64,000 bases of DNA from Methanobacteriota archaeon (GTDB taxonomy: Archaea > Thermoplasmatota > Thermoplasmata > SG8-5 > JAGLSY01). The stretch lies in NCBI GenBank assembly GCA_020696385.1, contig JAEHCQ010000005.1:122658-186657 (forward strand). The letters run 5' to 3'. The translations under genes and the position numbers were made by a program. The stretch's first letter is position 1; the number at the start of each line of letters is the position of its first letter. The notes beneath the pieces are model-generated. The model made no database searches, had not been told where the DNA came from, and worked only from the letters and a program-made list of their open reading frames with translations. Shown here piece after piece: positions 9,097 through 18,962 of the stretch.

Positions 9097-10634
9097 TCCT
9101 CCCTTTTCACTTCGCGGACCACATCGGTCACGGTCCCATCTCTGAACTTGATCACACCAACGAATTTATCCGTGTACTCAAGTGGCTCGGGAGCGCCAGT
9201 GATATCATAGGCCATGTCCCTGAGAGCCTCAATTGGCTTTGGATCGAACTCAGCCAGGAGCTTCCAAAGGTCCTGCCTTTTCGGGTTAATTGTAATACCC
9301 TGGTCTGTCGCGATCACATCCACGCATTCGCCAGGTGTTGTTACAGTTGTTACCGAATCCCTCACGATGGGATTCGTTTTCCTGACTATCGGAGTTGTTA
9401 TGAAAGTGACCTTCGAGCCAGCAGCCGCATCTGGATGTCCTCCACTGCCGTGCAGGAGAAGTCCATCCGAGTGCGTGTTCACATTCACATTGAAGTCCAC
9501 ATCCACCTCTGTGGCTCCCAGGAAACAAGCGTCCTGCTGATGGGTTATGCAACCTCTTGAATGCGGATTTCCAAAGTGATAGTGCGATACCTCGACATGA
9601 TCTGGATCGTTCAGAAGTGAATCGATGGCCGGAATATCGAATGCCTGGGCATCCAGTATCTTTCTCAGCGTGCCACCGTGAAGCATGTCCACCACCTGGC
9701 CGGTTATCCCACCCATGGCGAAACTGCCCACGACGCCTTTCTCCAGCATCCTCTCATGAAGGAACTTGACAACTGCCAGTGACATTCCACCGGCTCCCGC
9801 CTGGAAGGAAAATCCATCTTCCAGCTGGCCGATGGCATCCATCGCATCCACAACCTGCTGAGCGATCTTAAGGCGTACAGGATCTTCTGTGATCTTCATC
9901 GTGCCAGTGGCGATTCCCTTTGGATCTCCAATATTGTCCACATTGACAACAAAGTCCACCTGATGCTCCGGAATACTAATTGGAGTGCATGGGTATGGCT
10001 GAAGATTATCCGTGATTATCACAACTCTGTCAGCGAACCAGGAGTCTGCTATTGCGAATCCCATTGGCCCGAACTTCGACTCACCCAGTACACCATTGCA
10101 GTTACCGGAATCATCAGACCCGGAGGCTGCGAGGAAGGCAACGTCAATGTGCATATTGCCTCTTTCCAGATCAAGAGTTCTTGCACCATGTGTCCTGATG
10201 ACAACTGGCTCGACGCATGGATTCTCCGATATGTACTTCCCGAGGGGACCATTCAAATTACCCTCAAAGCTGGTGACAACACCGTTCTTGATGTGCTCGA
10301 CAAGTGCTTCTGTGTGAATTGCAAAAACAGATGAATGGCGCATTCCGATATTCTTGATGCCTTTCCTGGCGATCTCCTCCAGCACCATGGCGACGACATA
10401 GTCCCCATTCCTCAGGTGATGGTGAAATGAAATATTCATCCCGCTCTTCAAGCCAGACTTGTCAATTGCCTCGGATATTGATGATAAAAGCTTCTTCTTT
10501 CCAGGATGGCTAGACCATATCTTCCTTGCTATGGCATTGCCCCTCGGTGTTGTTGCAAATGCTCCTTTAAAGGGCTCCAATTCTATACTGCCTATCTTCT
10601 CAGGGATCTCCCTGCCAAGCGCGTTCATTACCAT
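9093..10634 (-). CDS. citF: Citrate lyase alpha chain / citrate CoA-transferase (paralogue 1)
   Basis: ISFHHHLRNGD, RTHGAR, FSFQAGAGG, LGATEVDVDFNVNVNT, GGHPD; 4-nt overlap with the next gene. Confidence 0.9.
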   Translation of the reverse strand: MVMNALGREIPEKIGSIELEPFKGAFATTPRGNAIARKIWSSHPGKKKLLSSISEAIDKSGLKSGMNISFHHHLRNGDYVVAMVLEEIARKGIKNIGMRHSSVFAIHTEALVEHIKNGVVTSFEGNLNGPLGKYISENPCVEPVVIRTHGARTLDLERGNMHIDVAFLAASGSDDSGNCNGVLGESKFGPMGFAIADSWFADRVVIITDNLQPYPCTPISIPEHQVDFVVNVDNIGDPKGIATGTMKITEDPVRLKIAQQVVDAMDAIGQLEDGFSFQAGAGGMSLAVVKFLHERMLEKGVVGSFAMGGITGQVVDMLHGGTLRKILDAQAFDIPAIDSLLNDPDHVEVSHYHFGNPHSRGCITHQQDACFLGATEVDVDFNVNVNTHSDGLLLHGSGGHPDAAAGSKVTFITTPIVRKTNPIVRDSVTTVTTPGECVDVIATDQGITINPKRQDLWKLLAEFDPKPIEALRDMAYDITGAPEPLEYTDKFVGVIKFRDGTVTDVVREVKRED

Positions 10635-10819
10635 TTTCAGACACCTCGATCATTATTGCATCCTGCATGCGTATCATGTGCATACGGGCATATGAAAGGT
10701 GAATGATAACTCGTATTATTAAAGGTAATGTTGGAAGTAAATAAATAGCATGAGCTTCAGAAATTGACAGTTTCATAAGTAATCATTAATAACTTGCAAG
10801 GAGTTCAAGTGCTGGTGAT

Positions 10820-12043
10820 TTGATAAGCGACCTATCCTCTCTGGTAGTTGCCGCCATTCTGGCATTTGCCGCACCTCTTATTTGTGAAAGACTTAAGATA
10901 CCAATTGTAGTTGGCGAGATAATCTTCGGTCTGGCAGTAGGTCTTATTGCATTCGCCGCCCTGGAATTCTACGATATCAGTATTCTCGAATCTTCAGCTT
11001 CTCTCGAATTCCTGGCTCTTATCGGTTTCATCTTCCTGATGTTCCTGGCTGGCCTGGAGATCGATTTCGAGATCCTTCAGGAACAGGGCATTAAATCCCT
11101 GATATACGCGATCATGATATTCGGTTTCACCCTGGCCATATCCTATTTCATAGTCAGTGCCTTGAGCATATCCGAAGATCCCTTTTTCATGTCCCTGGTC
11201 CTCAGCACAACTTCTGTAGGCGTGGTATTGCCCACGCTGAGGGAAACCGGCCTTAGCAAAACGAAGGCCGGCCAGACAATCATACTATCAGCCATTGTGG
11301 CTGATTTCGCCACGATGATACTCCTGACCTATTATGCAATTGGCATGACCATCGATGTTACTGGCCCTGGAGCCATGATGCCTCTGATATTCATCTTCTT
11401 CATCGTATCACTATTCTTCACCATACATCTGGCAGGCAGATTGGCCATCTGGCACTTCCCAAATACCCTGGTAAAGTTCTTCTCTCAGGATGATGCCACC
11501 GAGATGGGAGTTCGGGCTTCCATCGCCATCCTTTTCATCTTCGTGGCAATGTCCCAGACCATTGGAGGAGAGGCCTCCACCAGCATAGCCATTCTTGGGG
11601 CTTTCATGGCCGGTGCTGTGATATCATTCACCTTTACGAAACAGGCTATACTCGAAAAGAAATTGTTCGGACTGGGCTTCGGATTTCTCATACCCTTTTT
11701 CTTCATACATCTTGGAATCTCATTCGACTTCCAAAGCATACTGGAAGGCACAGATCTTCTTGGATTAATGCTCGTGTTCCTGGCAATTGCCTTTGCAGTG
11801 AAGCTGATACCATCTCTATTTCTACTGCCCACCTTCAAGGCCCGCAATACACTGGCCATCGGATTCCTGCTGGCATCCCGACTCAGCTTGATAATAGCAG
11901 CTGCTGAAATTGGTCGCGAGCTTGACATAATTGATGAGTCCATGAGAAGCGCACTTATTCTTGTGGGGATCACAACCAGTATCGTCTGCCCCATGATATT
12001 CAGAAGAATTTACAAGCCAGGCGTAGAGGAGGCGATCTCGTGA
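10820..12043 (+). CDS. Cation:proton antiporter, CPA2 (Kef/NapA-like)
   Basis: About 12 TM helices; LMFLAGLEID, TTSVGVV, IVADFAT, LGAFMAG, PFFFIHLG. Confidence 0.88.
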   Translation: MISDLSSLVVAAILAFAAPLICERLKIPIVVGEIIFGLAVGLIAFAALEFYDISILESSASLEFLALIGFIFLMFLAGLEIDFEILQEQGIKSLIYAIMIFGFTLAISYFIVSALSISEDPFFMSLVLSTTSVGVVLPTLRETGLSKTKAGQTIILSAIVADFATMILLTYYAIGMTIDVTGPGAMMPLIFIFFIVSLFFTIHLAGRLAIWHFPNTLVKFFSQDDATEMGVRASIAILFIFVAMSQTIGGEASTSIAILGAFMAGAVISFTFTKQAILEKKLFGLGFGFLIPFFFIHLGISFDFQSILEGTDLLGLMLVFLAIAFAVKLIPSLFLLPTFKARNTLAIGFLLASRLSLIIAAAEIGRELDIIDESMRSALILVGITTSIVCPMIFRRIYKPGVEEAIS

Positions 12044-12092
12044 GATCGACACAGAAAGCGATCTTCATTAGTTCACCACGGGGGGTGAAATA

Positions 12093-13460
12093 ATGAACAA
12101 GGTGATAATCGTAGGGGCGGGAGACACTGGCCAAGCAGTCAAGCACAGGATTAAAAATTCGGTTCTTGTCGATGCGGATCCAGGCAAGGTCATCATGCTC
12201 AGCCGTGAACATCCGGACTGGAAGATCATCGGAGGAGATGCATCCGACCCCAATGTGCTGAAGACCGCGGGATTAGAAAATACTGAATACCTTTTAATAA
12301 CCACGAATAAGGATTATTTCGCCCAGAAAATAGCTATGACTGCGAAGAAGGTGAATGACGATATCAAGATGATCTCGGTACTTCATGACATAAAGAATTT
12401 CCATGATCTCCGGGAGGCTGGCATTGAACATCTGATCTCACCCATCAGCGAGACCATTGACGCGATACTTGGTCAATTGATACCAGTGGGCGAGAATATC
12501 ACCGAGATCGCCATCACACAACATTCCATCGCACTGGGCAAGACCATCATGGATGTCGAGCTTCCGCAGGATACCATCATTGGAGCTGTATTGAGAGGTC
12601 ATCATCTTATCAGGCCAGAGGCGAATACCATCCTCCAAAAGGGCGATGTGATATCACTGGTCAGTCTGGGGCATCTGGAGGCCGATGTGGTAGATGCAAT
12701 AAGTGGTGACCACAAGACAGTGGTGCCATTGGACAATTTCTTATGTCTTCTGAAAGACGAAAATGATCTGATGATACTGGATGAGGTTCTTCATCTGGCA
12801 TCTCGAAGTGTGGCCAAATGCAGGTTCATTTTCCCGGAATCCCTTATCAGTTCCAGAGAATTGATAGAAAAGAAAGCGAAGGATCACGGAGTCGAGATCA
12901 CTTGTGAATCCTATATGGGAAATATCCTGGAAAAATTCGCCAGCCAGGCACGAGAATTGGATGCAACCACTTCCAATCCCCTGATCATACTACCACAGAG
13001 AAAACTCAGTCTTCTTAAATATCATCTGCCAGCAAAATTCCTTGAGAACCTGATAATAGAAATTCCATTCCCCTTCTATATTCCAAAATCCATGCAGTAC
13101 AAGAAATTCGACCGCGTGCTTCATTTCATAACAGATCAGCATCATGATGGACTATGTGCCAGTTGCGCTGTTGGGATGGCCAGGGTCAATGATGTGCCAA
13201 TAAAATCCCTTGTCTTACACAATCCGGAGAACACCTATGCGGAAGAGATCCTCATCCACACAAAGAGGATAGCCAAGGTGTATGGGATTGATGTCGTGGA
13301 AGAGGTCATTGAAGGCAATCCGACTTTGGAATTCATTCAAGATGTCCGAAGCACTGCCAACCAGTTAGTGATAATCAACTGGGAGTGTTCGACTTTGAGG
13401 CGGGACATTATGAGAAAGATCATTAACGAGGCTAATGCCAGTGTGCTATTGATGAAATAA
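12093..13460 (+). CDS. TrkA-type RCK (NAD-binding + TrkA-C) regulator with C-terminal USP-like extension
   Basis: IIVGAGDTG, GDASDPNVLKTAGL, TrkA-C (ALGKTIMDVELP...ILQKGD); C-terminal EGNP...KIINEANASVLLMK resembles USP domains; GGTGA RBS. Confidence 0.75.
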   Translation: MNKVIIVGAGDTGQAVKHRIKNSVLVDADPGKVIMLSREHPDWKIIGGDASDPNVLKTAGLENTEYLLITTNKDYFAQKIAMTAKKVNDDIKMISVLHDIKNFHDLREAGIEHLISPISETIDAILGQLIPVGENITEIAITQHSIALGKTIMDVELPQDTIIGAVLRGHHLIRPEANTILQKGDVISLVSLGHLEADVVDAISGDHKTVVPLDNFLCLLKDENDLMILDEVLHLASRSVAKCRFIFPESLISSRELIEKKAKDHGVEITCESYMGNILEKFASQARELDATTSNPLIILPQRKLSLLKYHLPAKFLENLIIEIPFPFYIPKSMQYKKFDRVLHFITDQHHDGLCASCAVGMARVNDVPIKSLVLHNPENTYAEEILIHTKRIAKVYGIDVVEEVIEGNPTLEFIQDVRSTANQLVIINWECSTLRRDIMRKIINEANASVLLMK

Positions 13461-13586
13461 GAAGATAAAATACCAACCCAGCCTTGCCAATTGCCAAAGC
13501 ATACCTCATCGATATGGTATATCTCGACATAATTTCAACAGATAGAAACTTTTTATAGCCCATTGACATATATATGTTCGATAATC

Positions 13587-14246
13587 ATGACATCATCCTA
13601 TCTTGATGACGACGACCGGGTATTTTACGGTGGAGAGAAATCGAGCGAATCCTCGAATACAGAGGCAAAACAGCCAGCATCTAGTTCAAACACAGGATCG
13701 AGCTCAAGCTCGGAACAAAAACAGGAACCTGTAAAGACTGGCCCGACCGAGAAGGAACTGGAGAAGCAGATCCAGGATACCAGATTGGATAAGAGAAAAG
13801 CAGAGAGTGTTCATGACATCACGATTTTAAGACAGAGGGGCGCGGAGCAGAGCCAACAGGCTGCCAAGTATTACAAGAAATACAGAGTTGAAGAGGCTGC
13901 CCAGGTCAAGCACGAACAGATGGTCTTCAGGAACCGCAGGAAATCCGAAAAATACCTTGAGAAGGTCAAGGATGTGGAGGTCAAGATCGCGGATAAGGAA
14001 GCAGCCACTGCATATCTTGAGGGAAATAAGAAAGAGAGAGCGCACATCAAGGTTGCCAAGCTCAGAGGGAAGATCGCCAAGCTGAAGGCCAAGAGCAGTA
14101 ATGCGGAGGCGGTTTCGGCCAAGCACAGGCAGAAAGCTGTTGCCAGGCAGAGAAAGGCAACAGAACTTCTGGAAAAGAGCAAGATCCACGAGGCAGAGGC
14201 AAAATCCTACTGCAATCGCGCGGACAAATTGGAGAAGATCAGCTAA
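13587..14246 (+). CDS. Hypothetical Lys/Ala-rich coiled-coil protein
   Basis: ATG 13587 about 25-30 nt after TTTTATA; Ser-rich N-terminus then long helical K/E/A-rich region. Confidence 0.65.
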   Translation: MTSSYLDDDDRVFYGGEKSSESSNTEAKQPASSSNTGSSSSSEQKQEPVKTGPTEKELEKQIQDTRLDKRKAESVHDITILRQRGAEQSQQAAKYYKKYRVEEAAQVKHEQMVFRNRRKSEKYLEKVKDVEVKIADKEAATAYLEGNKKERAHIKVAKLRGKIAKLKAKSSNAEAVSAKHRQKAVARQRKATELLEKSKIHEAEAKSYCNRADKLEKIS

Positions 14247-14266
14247 AATTCATTCTTGGCAGATAA

Positions 14267-14290
14267 CTGGCCGAACCAATTACGGCCAGG
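14267..14290. terminator. Hairpin between convergent genes
   Basis: CTGGCCG-aaccaatta-CGGCCAG followed by T-rich sequence. Confidence 0.35.
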
Positions 14291-14334
14291 TATTTCACTC
14301 TTTAATTTTAATTATATTAATAACTAGCATAGAC

Positions 14335-17025
14335 TTATTTCTTATTTTTCTTGCCTTTCTTTTTAGCCTTGCCTTTCTTCTTGACCTTGCCCTTATCTTT
14401 CTTCTTGGCCTCATCCAGCTTATCTTTTTCCTTGGAATAGTATCTGGCTTCCAAGGTTTCCTTTATTCCCTGGGCGATGCCTTTTCCAATTCCTTTCACT
14501 TCCTGAAGTTCCGCTGTCTCGGCATCCATGATCGCCTGAGCGCTTCCAAAGTGCGATAGTAGTCGCTGGGCGAGGACTGCTGAGATATTGGGCAGTCCTT
14601 CAATTATAAACTGCTGGCGTTCCTGAAGCAGCATGGTTCCCTTGTCGGATCTTAGGGCGGGTATCCTGCCTTCAGCATGCTCCCGCTTGGCTATCGTACC
14701 AACAAGTTCCGCTGTTTCAGCCGCATCCTTGACCGTCATGATCGACACCCCGAAATCCACAGCGATGGAGGCAATGGCTCCCATTATCGCCGGCTTGCCC
14801 AACCCGCTTCTGGAATAGAGGTTCTCACCCTCGATTATCATCAATGGGCTGGGGAAGGTGCGCTTGAGTGCGCGTATCTGCGTGAATAAACGTCCATCTT
14901 TCATGGAGTGTATGAGATCATCCACTTCCTTTCGCTCGATGCCAACGCGATCCGAAACAATATAATCTCCGACATCCAGTGTCTTGGAATCTACTATGAA
15001 ACCAGCCATGGAAAGCTGGCGAACAACTGATGAATTGAATTCTCTTGTATCGACGATGATCCTGACCAGATCATCGTCGCCAGAAGGCTCGTAAATGTCA
15101 ATGGAAGTTGGTCTTTCCTCCTCCACAACTTGCTCGATAGCGGGAGTGACCAGTTCTTCGTCGGAAGCAGGGATACCCGAGGCCTTCTTCACGGCCTCGG
15201 TCTTGCTCTTTTTCTCGATCTTGGGCTCACTTATGGCCTTGATTATGGGTTCGATCTTTAGCTCAGCCTTTTCATCTGGCTGGCCCTCAGCTTTTACCAC
15301 TGGCTGAGCTTCGGGTGTGGATTTGGCTTTGGTCTTGCCAGCTCCCTCAAAGTCCATAAGCGACCTTTGAGGTTTGCCCGCGCCATTGCCAGCATCTTCA
15401 TACATGGCCGCATGCTCATCGCGGCCATTCATGCTGACACTACCCGAGCCAAATGTCTCGAAATTGCCCATACGAGATTCGCCCACCCACAGCACATCCT
15501 TCAAGTCCCTTCGGAGCTTGTCCAGCTCCTTCTGCATTCGAGCTTCCTTGTGCCTGCTGGACCAATAATAGGATTCGTCCCTCGTTCCCTTGTAGATCAA
15601 AATGAATACCTTGCCAGAGCTTTGCCTGCCAGTTCTTCCACGTCGCTGGATGGTCCGGATCTCGGAAGGTACTGGCTCATAGAAAATTACCAGGTCAGTA
15701 GCTGGTATATCGAGCCCCTCCTCGGCGACAGACGTTGCCACCAGGACGTTTATCTCACCACCCTTGAACCGGTCGATGAGCTCCACCTGCTTTTTCTGAT
15801 TCAATCCTTTATCACTGCCCTTACTGGCCTGACCGACGAACCTGGCTGGTTTGATGCCATCCAGTTTCTCCAGCATCTCAACAACTTGCTCCGATGTCTC
15901 ACGATAATGAGTGAAGACGATCACCTTGGAGTGTTTGTGAGCTCTAAGCTGCTGCTGGACGATATCAGATACCATTTTCAGCTTGGGATTGGCCATCTTA
16001 TCCAGCTCGATCACCTTGGACTCGTGCATGGCCAGCTGGAATTTCGGGAGGGCGATGGTGGTCTTCGAGGCCTTAGACGAACCCTTGGAACTGGCTTCGG
16101 TCGTCAGCTTCTCAAAATACGACCTCAATGCTCCAAGACCCTGAGTTTCAGCCATCTCCTGGGCGTGATTCAATTTCATAATAACGGCCACCACACTGGA
16201 TGCCTCGAACATGGAGGGATCCTCAGATCCACTGCCGATGGCGGCTCTGATCTCCCGATTGGCGGCGAGAAGGTCCTTGGTGGACGCATACTTGCTGCCC
16301 TTCATGTAACCAAGTTTTTGAAGTTCGGCCAGTTGTTCTTTTTTTGCTTCTTTTAGGAAGTCAAGTATCTTCTTCATCTCCTTTGGAACTTTAACTTCTT
16401 TCCAGAATATCTTCACGTCATGAACGTACTTCACAACATCTGGATCATAATCATGGCGTATCTCCACACCCTTGATCCTCAGATTGTCGCAAACCTCCAT
16501 GATCTTCTCCTTATCATGACCAGGAGAAGCAGTCATTCCAAGAACATGCCCGCCCTTAACGCGGGCATATTTCTCCGCAATAAAGACATAGGCATAATCA
16601 CCTGTGGCTCGATGCGCTTCATCAAAAACGATGAGAGAAATATCATTGAGATCTATCTGGCCGGATATCAGGTCATTGGAGACCACCTGGGGAGTTGCAC
16701 ATATTATCTGGCTACTGCCCCATATTGCCTTTCTCTTGGCCGGCGGCATCTCGCCCGTCAGCACGATCGGCTTATCAGATACGAGGAATTTCTTGACAGA
16801 GCTGGCATGCTGTTCCACCAGGGGTTTCGTGGGAGCTAGAAAAAGAATATTACCCTTCTTGGTCCTGAGAGTTTCGGCCATCAGCATCAGGGCGATGACC
16901 GTTTTCCCTATGCCAGTGGGAAGTACCACCAGTGTCGAACGTTGGATCGCGGAGGCTGATATCACCTCCTGGTAGAGCCTGCGCTCGATGGTATCTATGT
17001 TGATCATCTGATGTTTGACGTACAC
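14335..17025 (-). CDS. hef: Hef helicase/nuclease (SF2 DEAH helicase + ERCC4/XPF nuclease + HhH)
   Basis: LPTGIGKT, DEAH, TASPG, QRRGRTGR; VDTRE, GDY, ERK nuclease motifs; HhH. Likely GTG start at 17025, ~25 nt after TTTATATA. Confidence 0.95.
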   Translation of the reverse strand: MYVKHQMINIDTIERRLYQEVISASAIQRSTLVVLPTGIGKTVIALMLMAETLRTKKGNILFLAPTKPLVEQHASSVKKFLVSDKPIVLTGEMPPAKRKAIWGSSQIICATPQVVSNDLISGQIDLNDISLIVFDEAHRATGDYAYVFIAEKYARVKGGHVLGMTASPGHDKEKIMEVCDNLRIKGVEIRHDYDPDVVKYVHDVKIFWKEVKVPKEMKKILDFLKEAKKEQLAELQKLGYMKGSKYASTKDLLAANREIRAAIGSGSEDPSMFEASSVVAVIMKLNHAQEMAETQGLGALRSYFEKLTTEASSKGSSKASKTTIALPKFQLAMHESKVIELDKMANPKLKMVSDIVQQQLRAHKHSKVIVFTHYRETSEQVVEMLEKLDGIKPARFVGQASKGSDKGLNQKKQVELIDRFKGGEINVLVATSVAEEGLDIPATDLVIFYEPVPSEIRTIQRRGRTGRQSSGKVFILIYKGTRDESYYWSSRHKEARMQKELDKLRRDLKDVLWVGESRMGNFETFGSGSVSMNGRDEHAAMYEDAGNGAGKPQRSLMDFEGAGKTKAKSTPEAQPVVKAEGQPDEKAELKIEPIIKAISEPKIEKKSKTEAVKKASGIPASDEELVTPAIEQVVEEERPTSIDIYEPSGDDDLVRIIVDTREFNSSVVRQLSMAGFIVDSKTLDVGDYIVSDRVGIERKEVDDLIHSMKDGRLFTQIRALKRTFPSPLMIIEGENLYSRSGLGKPAIMGAIASIAVDFGVSIMTVKDAAETAELVGTIAKREHAEGRIPALRSDKGTMLLQERQQFIIEGLPNISAVLAQRLLSHFGSAQAIMDAETAELQEVKGIGKGIAQGIKETLEARYYSKEKDKLDEAKKKDKGKVKKKGKAKKKGKKNKK

Positions 17026-17150
17026 GAATGTAAATCTGCCTGGACATATATAAAGCATATAGGGGGGTGGGCGAAGGTATTAATTGTTCAACACAAACCA
17101 TAAATCAGTGGTTTACTTTGTAAGGGTCAATTTGAGGAAGGGTGATAAAC

Positions 17151-18914
17151 ATGATCAAAAAAATTATTTCTATTTCTATGGCGTGTATGCTGGCTACCGC
17201 GATCTTCGCAGTGCTGGCCAGTGAGAATGTTGCTGCAGAAGGCTATATTGAAGAAAGGCTGAATTCTTATCTGTATGATGCAGATCTACCAAACATTCAC
17301 GATGGTAAATTGGTTGTTCGCGAGGATAGTGATATTTATATGTATAATCTGGAAACTGGTGAAAGAACTGCAATTTGCACGAATTCAGCAGGTGATCAAT
17401 ATGCACCGGACATATGGGGAGATATAATTGTCTGGCGTGACAGCAGAAATGTTGACACGGATATCTATGCTTACAGTCTGGTAAATAACACAGAGTGGCA
17501 GATCACTTCAGGAGGCGGAGATGAGGTATCTCCTGCAATTTATGAGAATATCATCGTATGGTCAGATGGTAATATCCAAATGCATGACATCACTACTGGT
17601 CAGACAATGCCAGTATACTCTAATCCTTTCACACAAGCGCATCCAGATATTCATGAAAACATAATAGTATGGGATGATTCCAGGAACGGCAATTTGGACA
17701 TATATATGTATGACCTGGCCACATCGACCGAAACAAGGGTCACCAACCATGCAGCAATCCAACAAAAACCATCGGTCTACGACAATTATATTGTATGGGA
17801 CGATGCGAGATCAGGTGGCTATGCAGTTTGGGCTTATGATATCGCCTCATCTACCGAGTTTGAAATATCAGGTACGTTTGGCGGTTCACATCCTCAAATT
17901 TATGATAATAATGTAGTATGGGAATTCTCGTTTAACAATATTTGGTATATTCAACAATGCGATTTGGATATTGGGGGCATAAATGATATACAATATAGCC
18001 CAAGTGTTGCTTCCTATCCAGTTATCAGTGAGAATTGGATAGCATGGGATAATGACGGTGGCGGGATACACGGAATTTATCTCGATCATGACCTGGATGG
18101 CATTCCTGACTCGCAGGACGCTTTCCCTAACACTTCCACTGAATATCTGGATACCGACGGTGATGGCATCGGAGACAATCTCGATACCGATGCAGATGGC
18201 GATGGCTGGCTAGACGATGTAGAGATACTAGCCGGAAGCGGCCAACTCAATGGAACATCGGTGCCTCTTGACACTGATGGTGATGGGCAGCCAGATATCT
18301 ATGATCTGGATGATGATAATGATACATACGAGGATGAAATAGATGACTTTCCAAAGAATTCCACAGAATACCAGGATACTGATAATGACGGTATTGGAGA
18401 TGTGGCGGACCTGGATGATGACAATGACGGTATAGAGGATGTGAATGACACCTATCCTTTAAGCAAAATAAATGATCTGGAGGATGCCGTGGCCGTTCTC
18501 GATGATCGACTGGTATTCCTTGGAGATCACCAAGGGGATCTGGCCACAAAACTCGACACTGTGAACATGACCCTTGAGGAACTGGATGCTCTGGTGGCAA
18601 TACTGGCAGATCTCGATGCCCTGAATCTCACCCTCGAGGAATTAGATGCTCTTGAGACAATACTGGCAGGCCAGAGTGGACTTGAGCAGGGAATATCGGA
18701 CCTTGAAGATGATAATGAAGTATCGGAAGGAAATGATTACACACAATTGGCTCTCCAAGCCACCATTATCGTCATGCTGGCACTTGTATTGATCACGAAC
18801 CTTATGAAGGGCAAGAAGACAGCAGATCAAAGACCACCTAAGGAAGAATTGGATGATCCGGAAACTGAAGCAGAAACAGATAGCGAGCCAGATGATGAAA
18901 TGATAGAGGGTTAA
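17151..18914 (+). CDS. Cell-surface protein: signal peptide, TolB-like beta-propeller, thrombospondin type-3 repeats, coiled coil, C-terminal TM anchor
   Basis: Repeats P.I....IVW.D.R..N.DIY.Y; DTDGDGIGDN repeats; duplicated N(M/L)TLEELDAL; TM helix then acidic tail. Confidence 0.85.
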   Translation: MIKKIISISMACMLATAIFAVLASENVAAEGYIEERLNSYLYDADLPNIHDGKLVVREDSDIYMYNLETGERTAICTNSAGDQYAPDIWGDIIVWRDSRNVDTDIYAYSLVNNTEWQITSGGGDEVSPAIYENIIVWSDGNIQMHDITTGQTMPVYSNPFTQAHPDIHENIIVWDDSRNGNLDIYMYDLATSTETRVTNHAAIQQKPSVYDNYIVWDDARSGGYAVWAYDIASSTEFEISGTFGGSHPQIYDNNVVWEFSFNNIWYIQQCDLDIGGINDIQYSPSVASYPVISENWIAWDNDGGGIHGIYLDHDLDGIPDSQDAFPNTSTEYLDTDGDGIGDNLDTDADGDGWLDDVEILAGSGQLNGTSVPLDTDGDGQPDIYDLDDDNDTYEDEIDDFPKNSTEYQDTDNDGIGDVADLDDDNDGIEDVNDTYPLSKINDLEDAVAVLDDRLVFLGDHQGDLATKLDTVNMTLEELDALVAILADLDALNLTLEELDALETILAGQSGLEQGISDLEDDNEVSEGNDYTQLALQATIIVMLALVLITNLMKGKKTADQRPPKEELDDPETEAETDSEPDDEMIEG

Positions 18915-18962
18915 GACAGACACAATAATTGCTTGCTCACTTTATCGATAAGAGAACGATAA

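Noticed and set aside
15060-15480. Long insertion in Hef as a possible intein
   Set aside because: Low-complexity E/K/P/A linker with no Cys/Ser start, His-Asn end or LAGLIDADG motifs; Hef normally has a disordered linker here.
15367-16356. 329-aa plus-strand ORF and other long shadow ORFs (e.g. 44278-45012, 47067-47753, 21489-22100)
   Set aside because: Antisense to well-supported genes; explained by codon bias.
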